Shown piece after piece: positions 1 to 9,368 of a stretch of DNA of 64,000 nucleotides (positions within the stretch are counted from its first letter, which is position 1; every line of letters starts with the position of its first letter). Made by a program: the position numbers and the translations under genes. The notes beneath the pieces are model-generated. The model had not been told where the DNA came from. It saw only the letters and a list, made by a program, of their open reading frames with translations, and did not search any database. The DNA is from a virus, in IMG/VR virus record IMGVR_UViG_3300025120_014745, positions 3,612-67,611 of that record; one strand, given 5' to 3'.

Positions 1-2
1 CA

Positions 3-1550
3 GTTAAGCGTGCTTTAGAAGATGCTGAAGAATACTACTATCTAGAAGGTTGCCCAATAAGAGAAGAACCTCTTCATCTTTTACCTAGAAGCCTTAGAGG
101 TGACTTTGAAGATATCTTAGGTGTGCATATCGAAGGAGATCTTTGTCCAATATGTCGTCACCGTCTAATGAATGAATTTAACGGAGAATATGAAAAATTC
201 CCGGTCAAACAAACAGGATTTTCTCAGCGAGGAAGAAGAGGTATAGCAGTAGTACCGCCTATGGATGCGAATTCCCAGGATGTCTCTGTGTTAATAGGAA
301 CTGAAGACATTAGTAAACTAGATCTTTATCCTGAAGATGATCCCAGAGTCTTATCTCTTAACGGTGCGTTTAACGTTGGTAACCGTGGGATAGTTGAATT
401 TGTTGAAGTCTTCAAGAATGAAATCGAATTCTTACACACAATGTTGACAGCAACCCAAGAAAAACGTGTGCCATCACCCGGTAAAAACGATATGCTTTAT
501 TTTGACGGTGTTATATTATCACATTGTAATGAGTCAGAGTGGAACAGGTTTAAATCTGAACACACTAACGAGGCTATTTTAGACAGGGTTCTTAAGATTG
601 AAGTACCTTACGTGTTAGAATTACACCAAGAACAAAAAATCTATGAAAAAATACTGGATAAATCAGACTTTAGAGGCGCACATATTGCACCGCACACCTT
701 AAAAGTGGCATCAATGTTTTCAGTGATGTCTAGACTACAACCATCTAATAAATGTGATCTGTTAACAAAAATGAAAATCTATAACGGTGAAGCAATTATT
801 GAAAAGGGGCGTGTTAAGAAAGTTGATATTAGAGACTTGAAAGATGAGGCAAAGAATGAAGGGATGGAAGGTATTTCTACCAGATTTATTATGAAGGCTT
901 TAGACGCAGCTTTATCTGATTCTGATAATGGAATGATCACACCCATTAATGTTGTAGATTCAATGATTAAGCAAGTAAAAGAGCAAATTATTGATGAAGA
1001 TGCAAAAACTCGTTACTTAGAAATATTGCAAAAAGTAATTCGTGAAGAATATCTTAGAATCTTAGAGACTGAAATAGCTAAAGCATTTATTACAGCATAT
1101 GAAGAGCAAGCACAATCTTTGTTTGATTCATACTTGGATAATGCCGAATGCTATACAACCAAGACAAGAACAAAAGATAAAATTACTAGAGAAGAACGTG
1201 ACCCAGATGAAAAGTTTATGAGAACTATTGAAGAAATGATTAGTGTGACAGGTTCAGCACGTGATGGATTTAGAAATGATGTGACTGCTTATATGTTTTC
1301 AAAAATGAGAAAAGGCGAAACTTTAGACTACAAGTCTTACGGCCCACTAAAGGAAGCAATAGAGCAATATTTGATAACATCAGTCAAGGATATTGCAAGA
1401 ATAGTGACGCGATCAAAGTCCCGGGACGATGACCAGAAAAAGAAATATACAGACATGATTGGTACACTAATTGAAGAGTACGGTTATAATGAAAATTCTG
1501 CTGAGGAGATATTAACATATGCTAGTAACAACCTCTGGCGAGATTCATAA
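3..1550 (+). CDS. prkA: PrkA/YeaG family AAA+ serine kinase (5' truncated by window edge)
   Basis: Frame is open from nt 3 (VKRALED...GCPIREEPLHLLP). PrkA motifs include GTEDISKL, GAFNVGNRGIVEFVEVFK, HCNESEW, NEAILDR, EGMEGISTRF and the C-terminal GYNENSA. Confidence 0.92.
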   Translation, partial: VKRALEDAEEYYYLEGCPIREEPLHLLPRSLRGDFEDILGVHIEGDLCPICRHRLMNEFNGEYEKFPVKQTGFSQRGRRGIAVVPPMDANSQDVSVLIGTEDISKLDLYPEDDPRVLSLNGAFNVGNRGIVEFVEVFKNEIEFLHTMLTATQEKRVPSPGKNDMLYFDGVILSHCNESEWNRFKSEHTNEAILDRVLKIEVPYVLELHQEQKIYEKILDKSDFRGAHIAPHTLKVASMFSVMSRLQPSNKCDLLTKMKIYNGEAIIEKGRVKKVDIRDLKDEAKNEGMEGISTRFIMKALDAALSDSDNGMITPINVVDSMIKQVKEQIIDEDAKTRYLEILQKVIREEYLRILETEIAKAFITAYEEQAQSLFDSYLDNAECYTTKTRTKDKITREERDPDEKFMRTIEEMISVTGSARDGFRNDVTAYMFSKMRKGETLDYKSYGPLKEAIEQYLITSVKDIARIVTRSKSRDDDQKKKYTDMIGTLIEEYGYNENSAEEILTYASNNLWRDS

Positions 1551-2766
1551 AAAAGAAGTATTCTTAGGAAATAAAAACTTAAAGAATGTTTTTGAAAAAC
1601 AAAAAAATATTTTTCTAGAATTTATTGATAAGTCAAGTGTGTTGTATAGTAATAAGGTTAGTATAACTGATCCAGCACTCAACTACTTAAATGTGATACC
1701 TGAAGACCCTATTGAAGATTGTTTGAAGAATATTATATTAAAAGAGTATTATGAATGTGAAAAAATTTATCCATATTTGGGTGATTACATGCTTCACAAA
1801 CTATTCAATGCTAGTAAAGTAAAAATAGGAAAAAGAGGAATTATTTTCTCAAAAAAAGAACAGAATAGGTTTACTAACTATTTAAGATATCCAGTAGTAA
1901 GAAATATTGCAGAATGGCTTTTTAAAAATACAAATTTAAATAGAAGTATTAATATTGAAAAATATCACGGAAATAGCTTACTAGTAGAAAGCTTAAATGA
2001 GTTTAATTTTAATGTTGACTATGAATATATTTTCTACAACAAAAAGACAATTGAAGATGTTAAAAATTATAGATTTATAATTATAAATGGTATCATTGAA
2101 ACAGTTGGGGAAATTCATCACTTATTTTTTAAAGCTAATAAAACAAAAGAGCCTTACGTTATTTTTTGTTTTGGAATGTCAGAAGAAGTCAAACAAACAA
2201 TTTTAAAAAATAATGCTATGGGAAGATTTAAAGTATATCCAGTTTGTTTAAGTGTTGATGACGAAAATGCATTAAATGTTCTTAATGATATTGCTGCTAT
2301 TCACAACAGTAGTGTAGTCTCAAGTGACCTAGGTCAAACAATATCACAAGAGGTGAGTAAAGAGCTGTCTTTCGGTGAAAAAATATCTTTTTCTAAGAAA
2401 AACATATCAATTACTCCTGTTGCGAGCAATAAGCAGATAGAAGTTCATAGAAAATTTCTTAGAAAAAGAATTGAAGAAGCCCAAACAAAACCTGATGTTA
2501 GGTCTGATATACTAAAAAATAGATTGAAAATGTTCACAGGCTCTCGCATAAATTTTTATATACCTGACAATCTAATGAGCAAAACAAATCAAATTAGAGA
2601 AATAGATTATTTTTTTAGATTTGTAAGTAATCTAAGATTAAGAATAAAAATAGTAAGTCTTTCAGGTCAAAAATTTTACATACCCGAAGACTATATTAAT
2701 ATTGTAGAGACAAAGAAGAAAAGTTTATTAGATAAAATATATAATATTCAAGCAATTATTGCCTAA
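1519..2766 (+). CDS. Highly diverged GroEL/chaperonin-like protein (apical domain recognisable, ATP motif lost)
   Basis: PEDPIE, KEPYVIFCFGMSEEVKQTILKNNAMGRFKVYPV, LNDIAAIHNSSVVSSDLG and DILKNRLKMFTG align by eye with GroEL [53 protein letters not shown] and EKLQERVAKLAG. GDGTTT is absent. Start codon uncertain. Confidence 0.65.
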   Translation: MLVTTSGEIHKKEVFLGNKNLKNVFEKQKNIFLEFIDKSSVLYSNKVSITDPALNYLNVIPEDPIEDCLKNIILKEYYECEKIYPYLGDYMLHKLFNASKVKIGKRGIIFSKKEQNRFTNYLRYPVVRNIAEWLFKNTNLNRSINIEKYHGNSLLVESLNEFNFNVDYEYIFYNKKTIEDVKNYRFIIINGIIETVGEIHHLFFKANKTKEPYVIFCFGMSEEVKQTILKNNAMGRFKVYPVCLSVDDENALNVLNDIAAIHNSSVVSSDLGQTISQEVSKELSFGEKISFSKKNISITPVASNKQIEVHRKFLRKRIEEAQTKPDVRSDILKNRLKMFTGSRINFYIPDNLMSKTNQIREIDYFFRFVSNLRLRIKIVSLSGQKFYIPEDYINIVETKKKSLLDKIYNIQAIIA

Positions 2767-2776
2767 GGAGTAGAGA

Positions 2777-3019
2777 ATGCCATCTAAGAAAAATAATAAA
2801 GATAAAAAAGTAATTGATACAACACAAGTAATGACGTCAGTCGCTACCGTTGTTTCTTTCATGAAAGAACAAGCTGTATCTGATTTGATGAATGCTAGAA
2901 ACAAAGGAAGTTTTGAACTGTCAAACGAAGACTTGAAAAAGGTTTGTTACTTCGTTGAAACTAGTTTAACAAACTCTTTTATTAAAGCTTCAGGCCAGAT
3001 TGAAAACACTTTAAAATAG
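2777..3019 (+). CDS. Hypothetical protein (80 aa)
   Basis: ORF with AAGGAG Shine-Dalgarno, in operon context. Confidence 0.75.
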   Translation: MPSKKNNKDKKVIDTTQVMTSVATVVSFMKEQAVSDLMNARNKGSFELSNEDLKKVCYFVETSLTNSFIKASGQIENTLK

Positions 3020-3022
3020 AGT

Positions 3023-3502
3023 ATGCCTGGTCAGCGACATTTAATAGAATGCCACTGTGTATTACCCATATATAAAAACAAAAAACCTGTAGTTTATCAT
3101 AAATTTGCTGTGTACAGTTTTTTAGATGAAAAAACATCAAAAGTAATACCAAAGTACGTCAACTGCAACAACTGTGGTGTAACTCATCTTATTGAAGAAT
3201 TCTGCAAATCTAAGATAAAGTTAGGAAAAGAAGACTTGAAAAGTGTGAGATCTATAAAGGAAGTTTCTTTAAGCTTGCCTAAAAAGTTAAGTGAATTACT
3301 TTTAGAATATAACTCGACAATCGATGTCTACGAAGAGGCAGAAGATATTATTGATAATAAAGATTATCCAAGAAGCTTAGTACTCAAAAGAGAAATAATT
3401 GATGAAGTTTATCATTTAAAAATACTGACTATCAATAGTGAGGATAGACTTAGAATCACATCAGAAGTTTTAAACAATACAATCATTGGAGGGCATATAT
3501 GA
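3023..3502 (+). CDS. Hypothetical Zn-ribbon protein
   Basis: CHC, CNNC, H and C residues in the N-terminal half. Confidence 0.7.
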   Translation: MPGQRHLIECHCVLPIYKNKKPVVYHKFAVYSFLDEKTSKVIPKYVNCNNCGVTHLIEEFCKSKIKLGKEDLKSVRSIKEVSLSLPKKLSELLLEYNSTIDVYEEAEDIIDNKDYPRSLVLKREIIDEVYHLKILTINSEDRLRITSEVLNNTIIGGHI

Positions 3503-3765
3503 GTTATTCAGTAAAATTAGAAAAATTAGCTAGAGAAAAGCAGCAATCTAGAGAAATAGTAAAAGAAATAGTTGGTTTTGGTGTATCAGAACAACAAAAG
3601 CTTGACATAATTTTTTCATTAAGTTTGCATTTAGAAAGTAACGAATTAATGAAAGAAATTAATGATTTGCTAAAAAAATACAGAGAAGTTATTAACAAAT
3701 CAGAAGAAACAGTTAATAATATAAATGACATTGACGGTGAAAAACCAAAGATTATTCTAGAGTAG
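3499..3765 (+). CDS. Hypothetical protein (88 aa)
   Basis: ATGA overlap with the previous gene and a GGAGG RBS. Confidence 0.75.
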   Translation: MSYSVKLEKLAREKQQSREIVKEIVGFGVSEQQKLDIIFSLSLHLESNELMKEINDLLKKYREVINKSEETVNNINDIDGEKPKIILE

Positions 3766-3774
3766 GAGGAAAGT

Positions 3775-3966
3775 ATGTCATTGAATGAAGCACTAATTTC
3801 GCAATATGAAGAATTAAAAGTTCTAATTGAAACTTTACAAACAGATGTTGTAAAGAATGCTCAAGGAAATAAGTCTGCAGGTGTAAGGGCAAGGAAAGGT
3901 TTGCGTCAAGCAAAAAAACTAGCTTCAGATATCGTAAAGGCTTCGCTTGATACAAGTAAAGAATAA
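3775..3966 (+). CDS. Histone H1-like nucleoid protein, Hc1/HctA-type core
   Basis: LKVLIETLQTDVVKNAQGNKSAGVRARKGL matches the Hc1 family core (GNKAAG.RAR). Strong AGGAGG RBS. Confidence 0.8.
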   Translation: MSLNEALISQYEELKVLIETLQTDVVKNAQGNKSAGVRARKGLRQAKKLASDIVKASLDTSKE

Positions 3967-3990
3967 ATTATAATTTAACATTCATATTTT

Positions 3991-4019
3991 AAGGCCACAC
4001 TTAGTGTGGCCTTTTTTTT
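3991..4019 (+). terminator. Rho-independent terminator between convergent genes
   Basis: Perfect 10-bp stem AAGGCCACAC-tta-GTGTGGCCTT followed by a T run. Confidence 0.85.
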
Positions 4020-4269
4020 ATTCAAAATTAGAAAATTTATCTTTTAATTTTTTAATTGCTATTTTTTCTATTTGACATATTCTCATCCGAGTTACTTTAA
4101 ATATGTCACCTATATCTTGCAGAGTAAACTTTTCTGAGTTGACACTGACATTGTCATTCTTAGCAGCAACTAGGCAACAATTTCGATATTTAGTTTTATC
4201 TAACCAGTACCTGCAGTCACGTTTTTTGCAATTTACATTATATTCGTTGTTGTATTGAAAACATTTCAT
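4018..4269 (-). CDS. Stand-alone sigma70 region-4 HTH protein with Cys-rich N-terminus
   Basis: FTLQDIGDIFKVTRMRICQIEKIAIKKLK resembles RpoD r4.2 [28 protein letters not shown]. The N-terminus has a C..C..C..CC cluster. Confidence 0.8.
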   Translation of the reverse strand: MKCFQYNNEYNVNCKKRDCRYWLDKTKYRNCCLVAAKNDNVSVNSEKFTLQDIGDIFKVTRMRICQIEKIAIKKLKDKFSNFE

Positions 4270-4337
4270 TATTATACAGCTCCATCTTAATAATTAGTAT
4301 TATATCTAGATATATTGAAATTAACAAAAGGTGACAA

Positions 4338-5684
4338 ATGAGTGATAGAAAAATTTTTATTATTGATACTAGCGTTTTATTGTACGATCGAAATTCAATA
4401 CATTCTTTTCCAGAAAATGACGTCTTAATACCTCTAGTGGTTTTAGATGAATTAGACAGGTTTAAGGATAAAAAAGGACTAGTCGGTGAGAATGCAAGAT
4501 ATATTAATCGATATTTAGATGACTTGAGAAAACAAGGTAGCTTACACAAAGGTATTGAAATTGGCAATGGCCAGACTATAAGGGTTGCACTGACTGGGTT
4601 TAATCAAGTACCAAACGGTTTGGACCCAGAATACGCTGATAACAAAATGATATCTTTGGCATTAAACTTGCAAGAGGAAAATGACACAAGAGTTGTTTTG
4701 ATCACAAAAGATATTAACTTTAGGGTTAAATGTGATTCTCTAGGTATTAAGTCAGAAGATTATTACAAAGACAAGATAGTCCTAGAAGACTCAGAAGCCT
4801 TTAAGGGCTTTTTTGACATTGAAGCTGATGATCCAAGCATTATTAGTAGATTGTATAATTATTGCAATGGTGAAGAAGGCGATGTCTTAGAGGAGTTTAT
4901 TGACTTGTGTGAAGAAAAAAAGGGAAGAAAGCCGCATCCAAACGAATATTTTTGCATTAAAGGCGGGAGCTCTTCATTTCTAGGAAGGTGGGAACAAGGT
5001 AAAATAGAAAAAATTAATCAAGCTAAAGAACTTTCTGAGGAATTCCAGAAGTTAGGGATACTACCGAAGAATAGAGAACAGTTGTATGCACTTAATTCGC
5101 TATTAGACGTTTCCTTACCGCTTGTGACAATATCAGGTTTAGCTGGTAGTGGCAAGACATTTATAACTTTAATGTCAGCTTACGCGCTGGTAACAGCAGG
5201 CTACTATGATAGAATTATCATTACTAGAAACATTACTCCTGTGGGAAGAGATATTGGATTCTTGCCAGGTACAGCAGACGACAAAATGAGTCCTTGGCTA
5301 GCGCCTATTATGGACAATTTTCGTGTAGGATTAAAAGATAACAATCTTTCCTTATTTGGTTCATTAAAAGAGCAAGGTATAATTGAAGTAGCGCCCTTAT
5401 CTTTTATTAGAGGAAGAACATTTAATAATAGTATTTTGATTATGGATGAAGCACAAAATGCAACAATTCATGAATTAAAAACAGTTATAACAAGAATGGG
5501 CGAAAATTCTAAGATTATTCTTCTTGGTGACGTCGACCAAATTGACACACCTTATATTGATGTACTATCTAACGGGTTAACAATTGTTTCTGAAAAATTT
5601 AAAAATGAAGATTGTGCCTCACACATAGCGTTAAAAAGAGGTGAGAGGTCATACTTATCTGCAGTAGCAGCTAGAATAATTTGA
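4338..5684 (+). CDS. phoH: PIN-PhoH (PhoH2-type) ATPase/RNase
   Basis: N-terminal PIN motifs (IIDTSVLL, ELDRFK, ADNKMI, TKDINFRVK). PhoH motifs GLAGSGKT, GFLPG, RGRTF, DEAQN and GDVDQID. Confidence 0.95.
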   Translation: MSDRKIFIIDTSVLLYDRNSIHSFPENDVLIPLVVLDELDRFKDKKGLVGENARYINRYLDDLRKQGSLHKGIEIGNGQTIRVALTGFNQVPNGLDPEYADNKMISLALNLQEENDTRVVLITKDINFRVKCDSLGIKSEDYYKDKIVLEDSEAFKGFFDIEADDPSIISRLYNYCNGEEGDVLEEFIDLCEEKKGRKPHPNEYFCIKGGSSSFLGRWEQGKIEKINQAKELSEEFQKLGILPKNREQLYALNSLLDVSLPLVTISGLAGSGKTFITLMSAYALVTAGYYDRIIITRNITPVGRDIGFLPGTADDKMSPWLAPIMDNFRVGLKDNNLSLFGSLKEQGIIEVAPLSFIRGRTFNNSILIMDEAQNATIHELKTVITRMGENSKIILLGDVDQIDTPYIDVLSNGLTIVSEKFKNEDCASHIALKRGERSYLSAVAARII

Positions 5685-5692
5685 GGTAAAAC

Positions 5693-6049
5693 ATGGGAAA
5701 AGCACATATCTTTAAAAAGAGAGACGCAAACAGATTTAGAAAGGTATATAGTTATATTAGAAGAAAACCAATCGATCAGTATGTTTCAAGTACAGGGTTC
5801 AAGATGGTCGTGGGTGATGTCACTTTTACAAACTCTAGTGGGCCGGTAACTTTTACCTTCACAACAGCAGATCCAACAATTACTTTTTCTAATGCCCCTA
5901 TAGTAACAGCAGTAACTGTGGATAATCTCTCAAATAATTCAGCAAATGTTAATGTTTTTGTCACTTCTGTGACAACAACAACAGCAATTTTTGCAACAAG
6001 CGCACCGTTTACAGGGAAGGTTAATTTTCAAGTAGTGTCCCAGGATTAG
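5693..6049 (+). CDS. Small beta-rich tail-fibre-associated protein with basic N-terminus
   Basis: VTF...FSNAPIVTA...VTTTTA pattern typical of small fibre or lectin-like domains. Adjacent to the fibre gene. Confidence 0.55.
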   Translation: MGKAHIFKKRDANRFRKVYSYIRRKPIDQYVSSTGFKMVVGDVTFTNSSGPVTFTFTTADPTITFSNAPIVTAVTVDNLSNNSANVNVFVTSVTTTTAIFATSAPFTGKVNFQVVSQD

Positions 6050-6282
6050 TGATGTCATCAAATCTACCTAGAATATATACATGTAGCGATGCAGTTAACA
6101 ATGTTGACTACGTTGATGTTGATTACAGCGTGTTAAGCTTAATTAACATTCCAACAATAACAGCAACAACATCAGTTGATATAAATATTTTCATCTCAGA
6201 CAAGACTAAAACAACAGCAAGAATTAATTTTTCTCAAAAATTTGTTGGGACAGTGTATTATACAGTTATTGGGTTTAACTAA
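6049..6282 (+). CDS. Small beta-rich protein, paralogous to the C-terminal part of 5693..6049
   Basis: IPTITAT..VDINIFISDKTKTTARINFSQKFVGTVYY resembles APIVTA..ANVNVFVTSVTTTTAIFATSAPFTGKVNF. Confidence 0.55.
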   Translation: MMSSNLPRIYTCSDAVNNVDYVDVDYSVLSLINIPTITATTSVDINIFISDKTKTTARINFSQKFVGTVYYTVIGFN

Positions 6283-6293
6283 GGATAAAAAAA

Positions 6294-9200
6294 ATGGCAA
6301 CAAAAGATTTCAGAGCAAGCCAGTTAGAAACTAGCAAGATTATTGGTACGGGAAGTATTGCCGGTACAACGGCAGGAATTGCTATCTATAGTGGTTCTAT
6401 AGCAACAAATCGGGAAGGAGGTACTTCAGATTCAGCAATGTTTAGCAATGTGGGTTCTGATGTTTTTCTATTCGTATCAGGTAATATTAGTAATACTAAT
6501 AATACTAGAACCAATTCAGCATTGTTTGGTGGTGACGTCGTTATTTCCGGAACTTTATACGCAGAAAGGCAAGTAATTGAAGTAGATTCAGTTGCAGATG
6601 GTGACTTTTTTGTGACAGGTAACATGTATGTTGAACCCGATAATAATTCAGCAGAATCTGTAGTTTTTAGAAAAGCAGATGGTACTAGTGTACTTAAAGT
6701 CAACACGAACACACCAAGTGTAGATATTAATGGCAATTTAATATTGACCGGTAATATACACATGTTGTCTGATAATTTTGATGGCGTAAATATTGAAACA
6801 GAAAATTCTTTTGAGATAAAAGCTCAGAATAACATCATTATGAAGCTAGATTCCGACGACGATACATCAAATTCTTTTTTTGGAGTTAGAGATGGTTCAG
6901 GTGATTACAATTTTATTGTATACGAAAACCAGTCGACTTATGTTAATTTTGCCAGGCTTTCAACTATTGACTTTAGAGTAAGAGGCGATAACGACTACGG
7001 TTTAGTTTTTACAGATGCTAGTGCTGATGCTGTTGCCTTAGGTAGAAAATTCGACACAGATTTTGGTTCAGAACCAGATGTGGGTACAGATGTTAAAGTT
7101 TTGTTGAGCGGCACAATTGGAAGCAGAGGATCTGGTACGAGAGGTGCTACTTTAAATACAGGTGACTTTGTTGTCTCTGGTACATCTGATTTAAAAAGTA
7201 ATTTGTTTATAACAGGTAGTATAGAAACAACAGGCGATATATCATTACTAGCCAACAACAGTCTAAGATTCAACAATCCTGGACAGAATGATCAGTTTAT
7301 TAATGGAAACAATGCAACAATAACTTTAGACGCAGATGACGGAATAACTTTAAAGTCCGATAGTTACATTTACCACAATATTAACGACACAATTGACAAC
7401 GTTTTCTCAACAGCACAAACAGTTTTTAATTTTAATAGAGATGATATTGATTTTAGAGTCAACACAGACGACTATTACGGTACAATATTTGTAGATGCCA
7501 ATGATAATACTGTTATATTGGGTAATCAAGGTTTCGATTCTACACCAGTAGCTTCTGAAGTTCCTGGTTACGGCGCCGATGTAAAATTATATTTAAGTGG
7601 TACGACAGGCACAAAAGATTCTGCAATAAGAGGCGTTACGCTGGTAGCAGGAGATTTAGTCACAAGTGGTGCAACTCATTTGCAGAGTGATTTATTTATT
7701 ACTGGTAACATAAGAATGCAAAGTAGTAACAATGATGGAATTAGTATCAATGCTGAAAATAATTTTCAAATAGGTGCAGAAGGCAGTATAATTTTTACCA
7801 TTGATAGCGACAACGACTCAGCTACGGGAAGATATTTTGGTGTAAAGGATGGATCCGGAACATTCAGTATTGTTGCGTATGAACAGGGCGACGTCGTTAT
7901 TAATAACAGTCTTTTAGCAACAAATGACTTTTTCGTAAAGGGCGACACAAATCATTCAGCAATATTTGTTGATGCAAGTGAAGATGCAGTTGCTATAGGA
8001 AGACTATTAAGCACAGACTTTGGAAGTGAACCAGGTGTCGGTACAGATGTAAAAGTATTGCTTAGTGGGACTGTGGGGTCTATAGGTACGTCAACAAGAG
8101 GTGCTTCGCTTGTCGCAGGTGACTTAGTTGTTTCCGGATCTTCGCGCTTAGCAGCTGCGAACTTCACAGGAGATGTGACCCTCGAGGAAGGTGCTTCTCT
8201 GATTATTCCCACCGGCATCGTGCACAAGAGCGATGTCAATACCAGTGTTACTTTTAATAATGACAGGATTAGATTATTCACTAACAACACAGCAAAGTCT
8301 GATTTCACATCTACACAAGTGCTTATTTTGTCTGGTGGTAGCGCCAACTCATATAATGAAGCCGCTGCACCAGATGTCAATTTTTACGTTTCCGGATCTG
8401 TAGGCAGTAAAGGAACATCTGCAAGAGGTACATCAGTCTTTGGTGGCGACATGGTCGTAAGTGGTACTATTTATGATGCCGCAGGAAATTCTGTTGGCGG
8501 GATAACAATTAATAATGATACTAACGATAGAATTATAACTGCAACAGGTACAACAAATACAGTCAATGGAGAAGCTAATTTACTTTTTAATGGAACACAA
8601 CTAACTGTAAATGCTTTTGTTTCTGCTTCTAGTGGTTTAAATGTCCAAAATGGAAAAGGGCCTGCTGTGGGAATCAGAGTACCATCATCCACTACAGAAC
8701 CCGTTGTTTCTTTAAACTCTGTTTTCGAATCTGATTTGAGATTCAGTACTGGTGGAAACACATACGGATCCGATGTGGGAGTTTTAATTAGTGGATCAGT
8801 AAATTCAAAAGGTATAGCAGATTCAAAAGGAGTTACATTATTAGCAGGCGACTTAGTGCTGAGTGGTAACGTTTATGACAAGTCAGGAAATGATTATATC
8901 AAGGATGTAGAAAAAGGATCAGTAATAGCATCCTTAGGTTCTACTGCTAAACAATACTTTCCTGCTGATGATCAACAAACAGAAGGGACGTCAATACAAT
9001 ACTATTCATTTGTTGCGCCCGTATTCTCTGGATCCTTTAACACAATAGGTCTAAGAGCCTACGGGACTACAGGTTTTAGTCAACTCTCAGACTTGGGCGG
9101 GATAACTGCATCTTTCCACAGAGGATTTCCAGGAACAGATCCTCAAGCGATTGACACTTCACCCGACTTTATAGAAGACGTATTTATAAATTTAGCTAGT

Positions 9201-9359
9201 CATGCTCAAAACACTACGCTGCAAATAAACTTTAGTGGATCTAATTTTAATCCAGGTGACACTTATGCTTGGGCAATAAAACCAGACAATAACTGGAACA
9301 ATGGTGGAAGTAAATATTTAGCATATACAGTTATCACATCACACAAAACGAATCAATAA
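6294..9359 (+). CDS. Tail fibre / virion fibre protein (1021 aa) with internal repeats
   Basis: Gly/Ser/Thr/Asn-rich with six copies of a 34-aa repeat. Carries the fibre motif NDRIITATG..TVNGEANLLFNG and a distinct C-terminal head domain. Confidence 0.75.
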   Translation: MATKDFRASQLETSKIIGTGSIAGTTAGIAIYSGSIATNREGGTSDSAMFSNVGSDVFLFVSGNISNTNNTRTNSALFGGDVVISGTLYAERQVIEVDSVADGDFFVTGNMYVEPDNNSAESVVFRKADGTSVLKVNTNTPSVDINGNLILTGNIHMLSDNFDGVNIETENSFEIKAQNNIIMKLDSDDDTSNSFFGVRDGSGDYNFIVYENQSTYVNFARLSTIDFRVRGDNDYGLVFTDASADAVALGRKFDTDFGSEPDVGTDVKVLLSGTIGSRGSGTRGATLNTGDFVVSGTSDLKSNLFITGSIETTGDISLLANNSLRFNNPGQNDQFINGNNATITLDADDGITLKSDSYIYHNINDTIDNVFSTAQTVFNFNRDDIDFRVNTDDYYGTIFVDANDNTVILGNQGFDSTPVASEVPGYGADVKLYLSGTTGTKDSAIRGVTLVAGDLVTSGATHLQSDLFITGNIRMQSSNNDGISINAENNFQIGAEGSIIFTIDSDNDSATGRYFGVKDGSGTFSIVAYEQGDVVINNSLLATNDFFVKGDTNHSAIFVDASEDAVAIGRLLSTDFGSEPGVGTDVKVLLSGTVGSIGTSTRGASLVAGDLVVSGSSRLAAANFTGDVTLEEGASLIIPTGIVHKSDVNTSVTFNNDRIRLFTNNTAKSDFTSTQVLILSGGSANSYNEAAAPDVNFYVSGSVGSKGTSARGTSVFGGDMVVSGTIYDAAGNSVGGITINNDTNDRIITATGTTNTVNGEANLLFNGTQLTVNAFVSASSGLNVQNGKGPAVGIRVPSSTTEPVVSLNSVFESDLRFSTGGNTYGSDVGVLISGSVNSKGIADSKGVTLLAGDLVLSGNVYDKSGNDYIKDVEKGSVIASLGSTAKQYFPADDQQTEGTSIQYYSFVAPVFSGSFNTIGLRAYGTTGFSQLSDLGGITASFHRGFPGTDPQAIDTSPDFIEDVFINLASHAQNTTLQINFSGSNFNPGDTYAWAIKPDNNWNNGGSKYLAYTVITSHKTNQ
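6453..8870 (+). repeat. Six dispersed ~34-aa repeats (GxDVxxxxSGxxGSxGxxxRGxxLxxGDxVxSG) plus a ~150-aa duplication
   Basis: Copies at about 6453, 7083, 7572, 8040, 8367 and 8766. Segments ~6740-7190 and ~7695-8145 are a diverged duplication (957 nt apart at the repeat). Confidence 0.85.
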
Positions 9360-9368
9360 ATAAAACAA

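Noticed and set aside
6740-8145. Duplicated fibre segment as a DGR template/variable repeat pair
   Set aside because: Both copies are in-frame coding sequence, differences are not adenine-specific, and there is no reverse transcriptase in the window.
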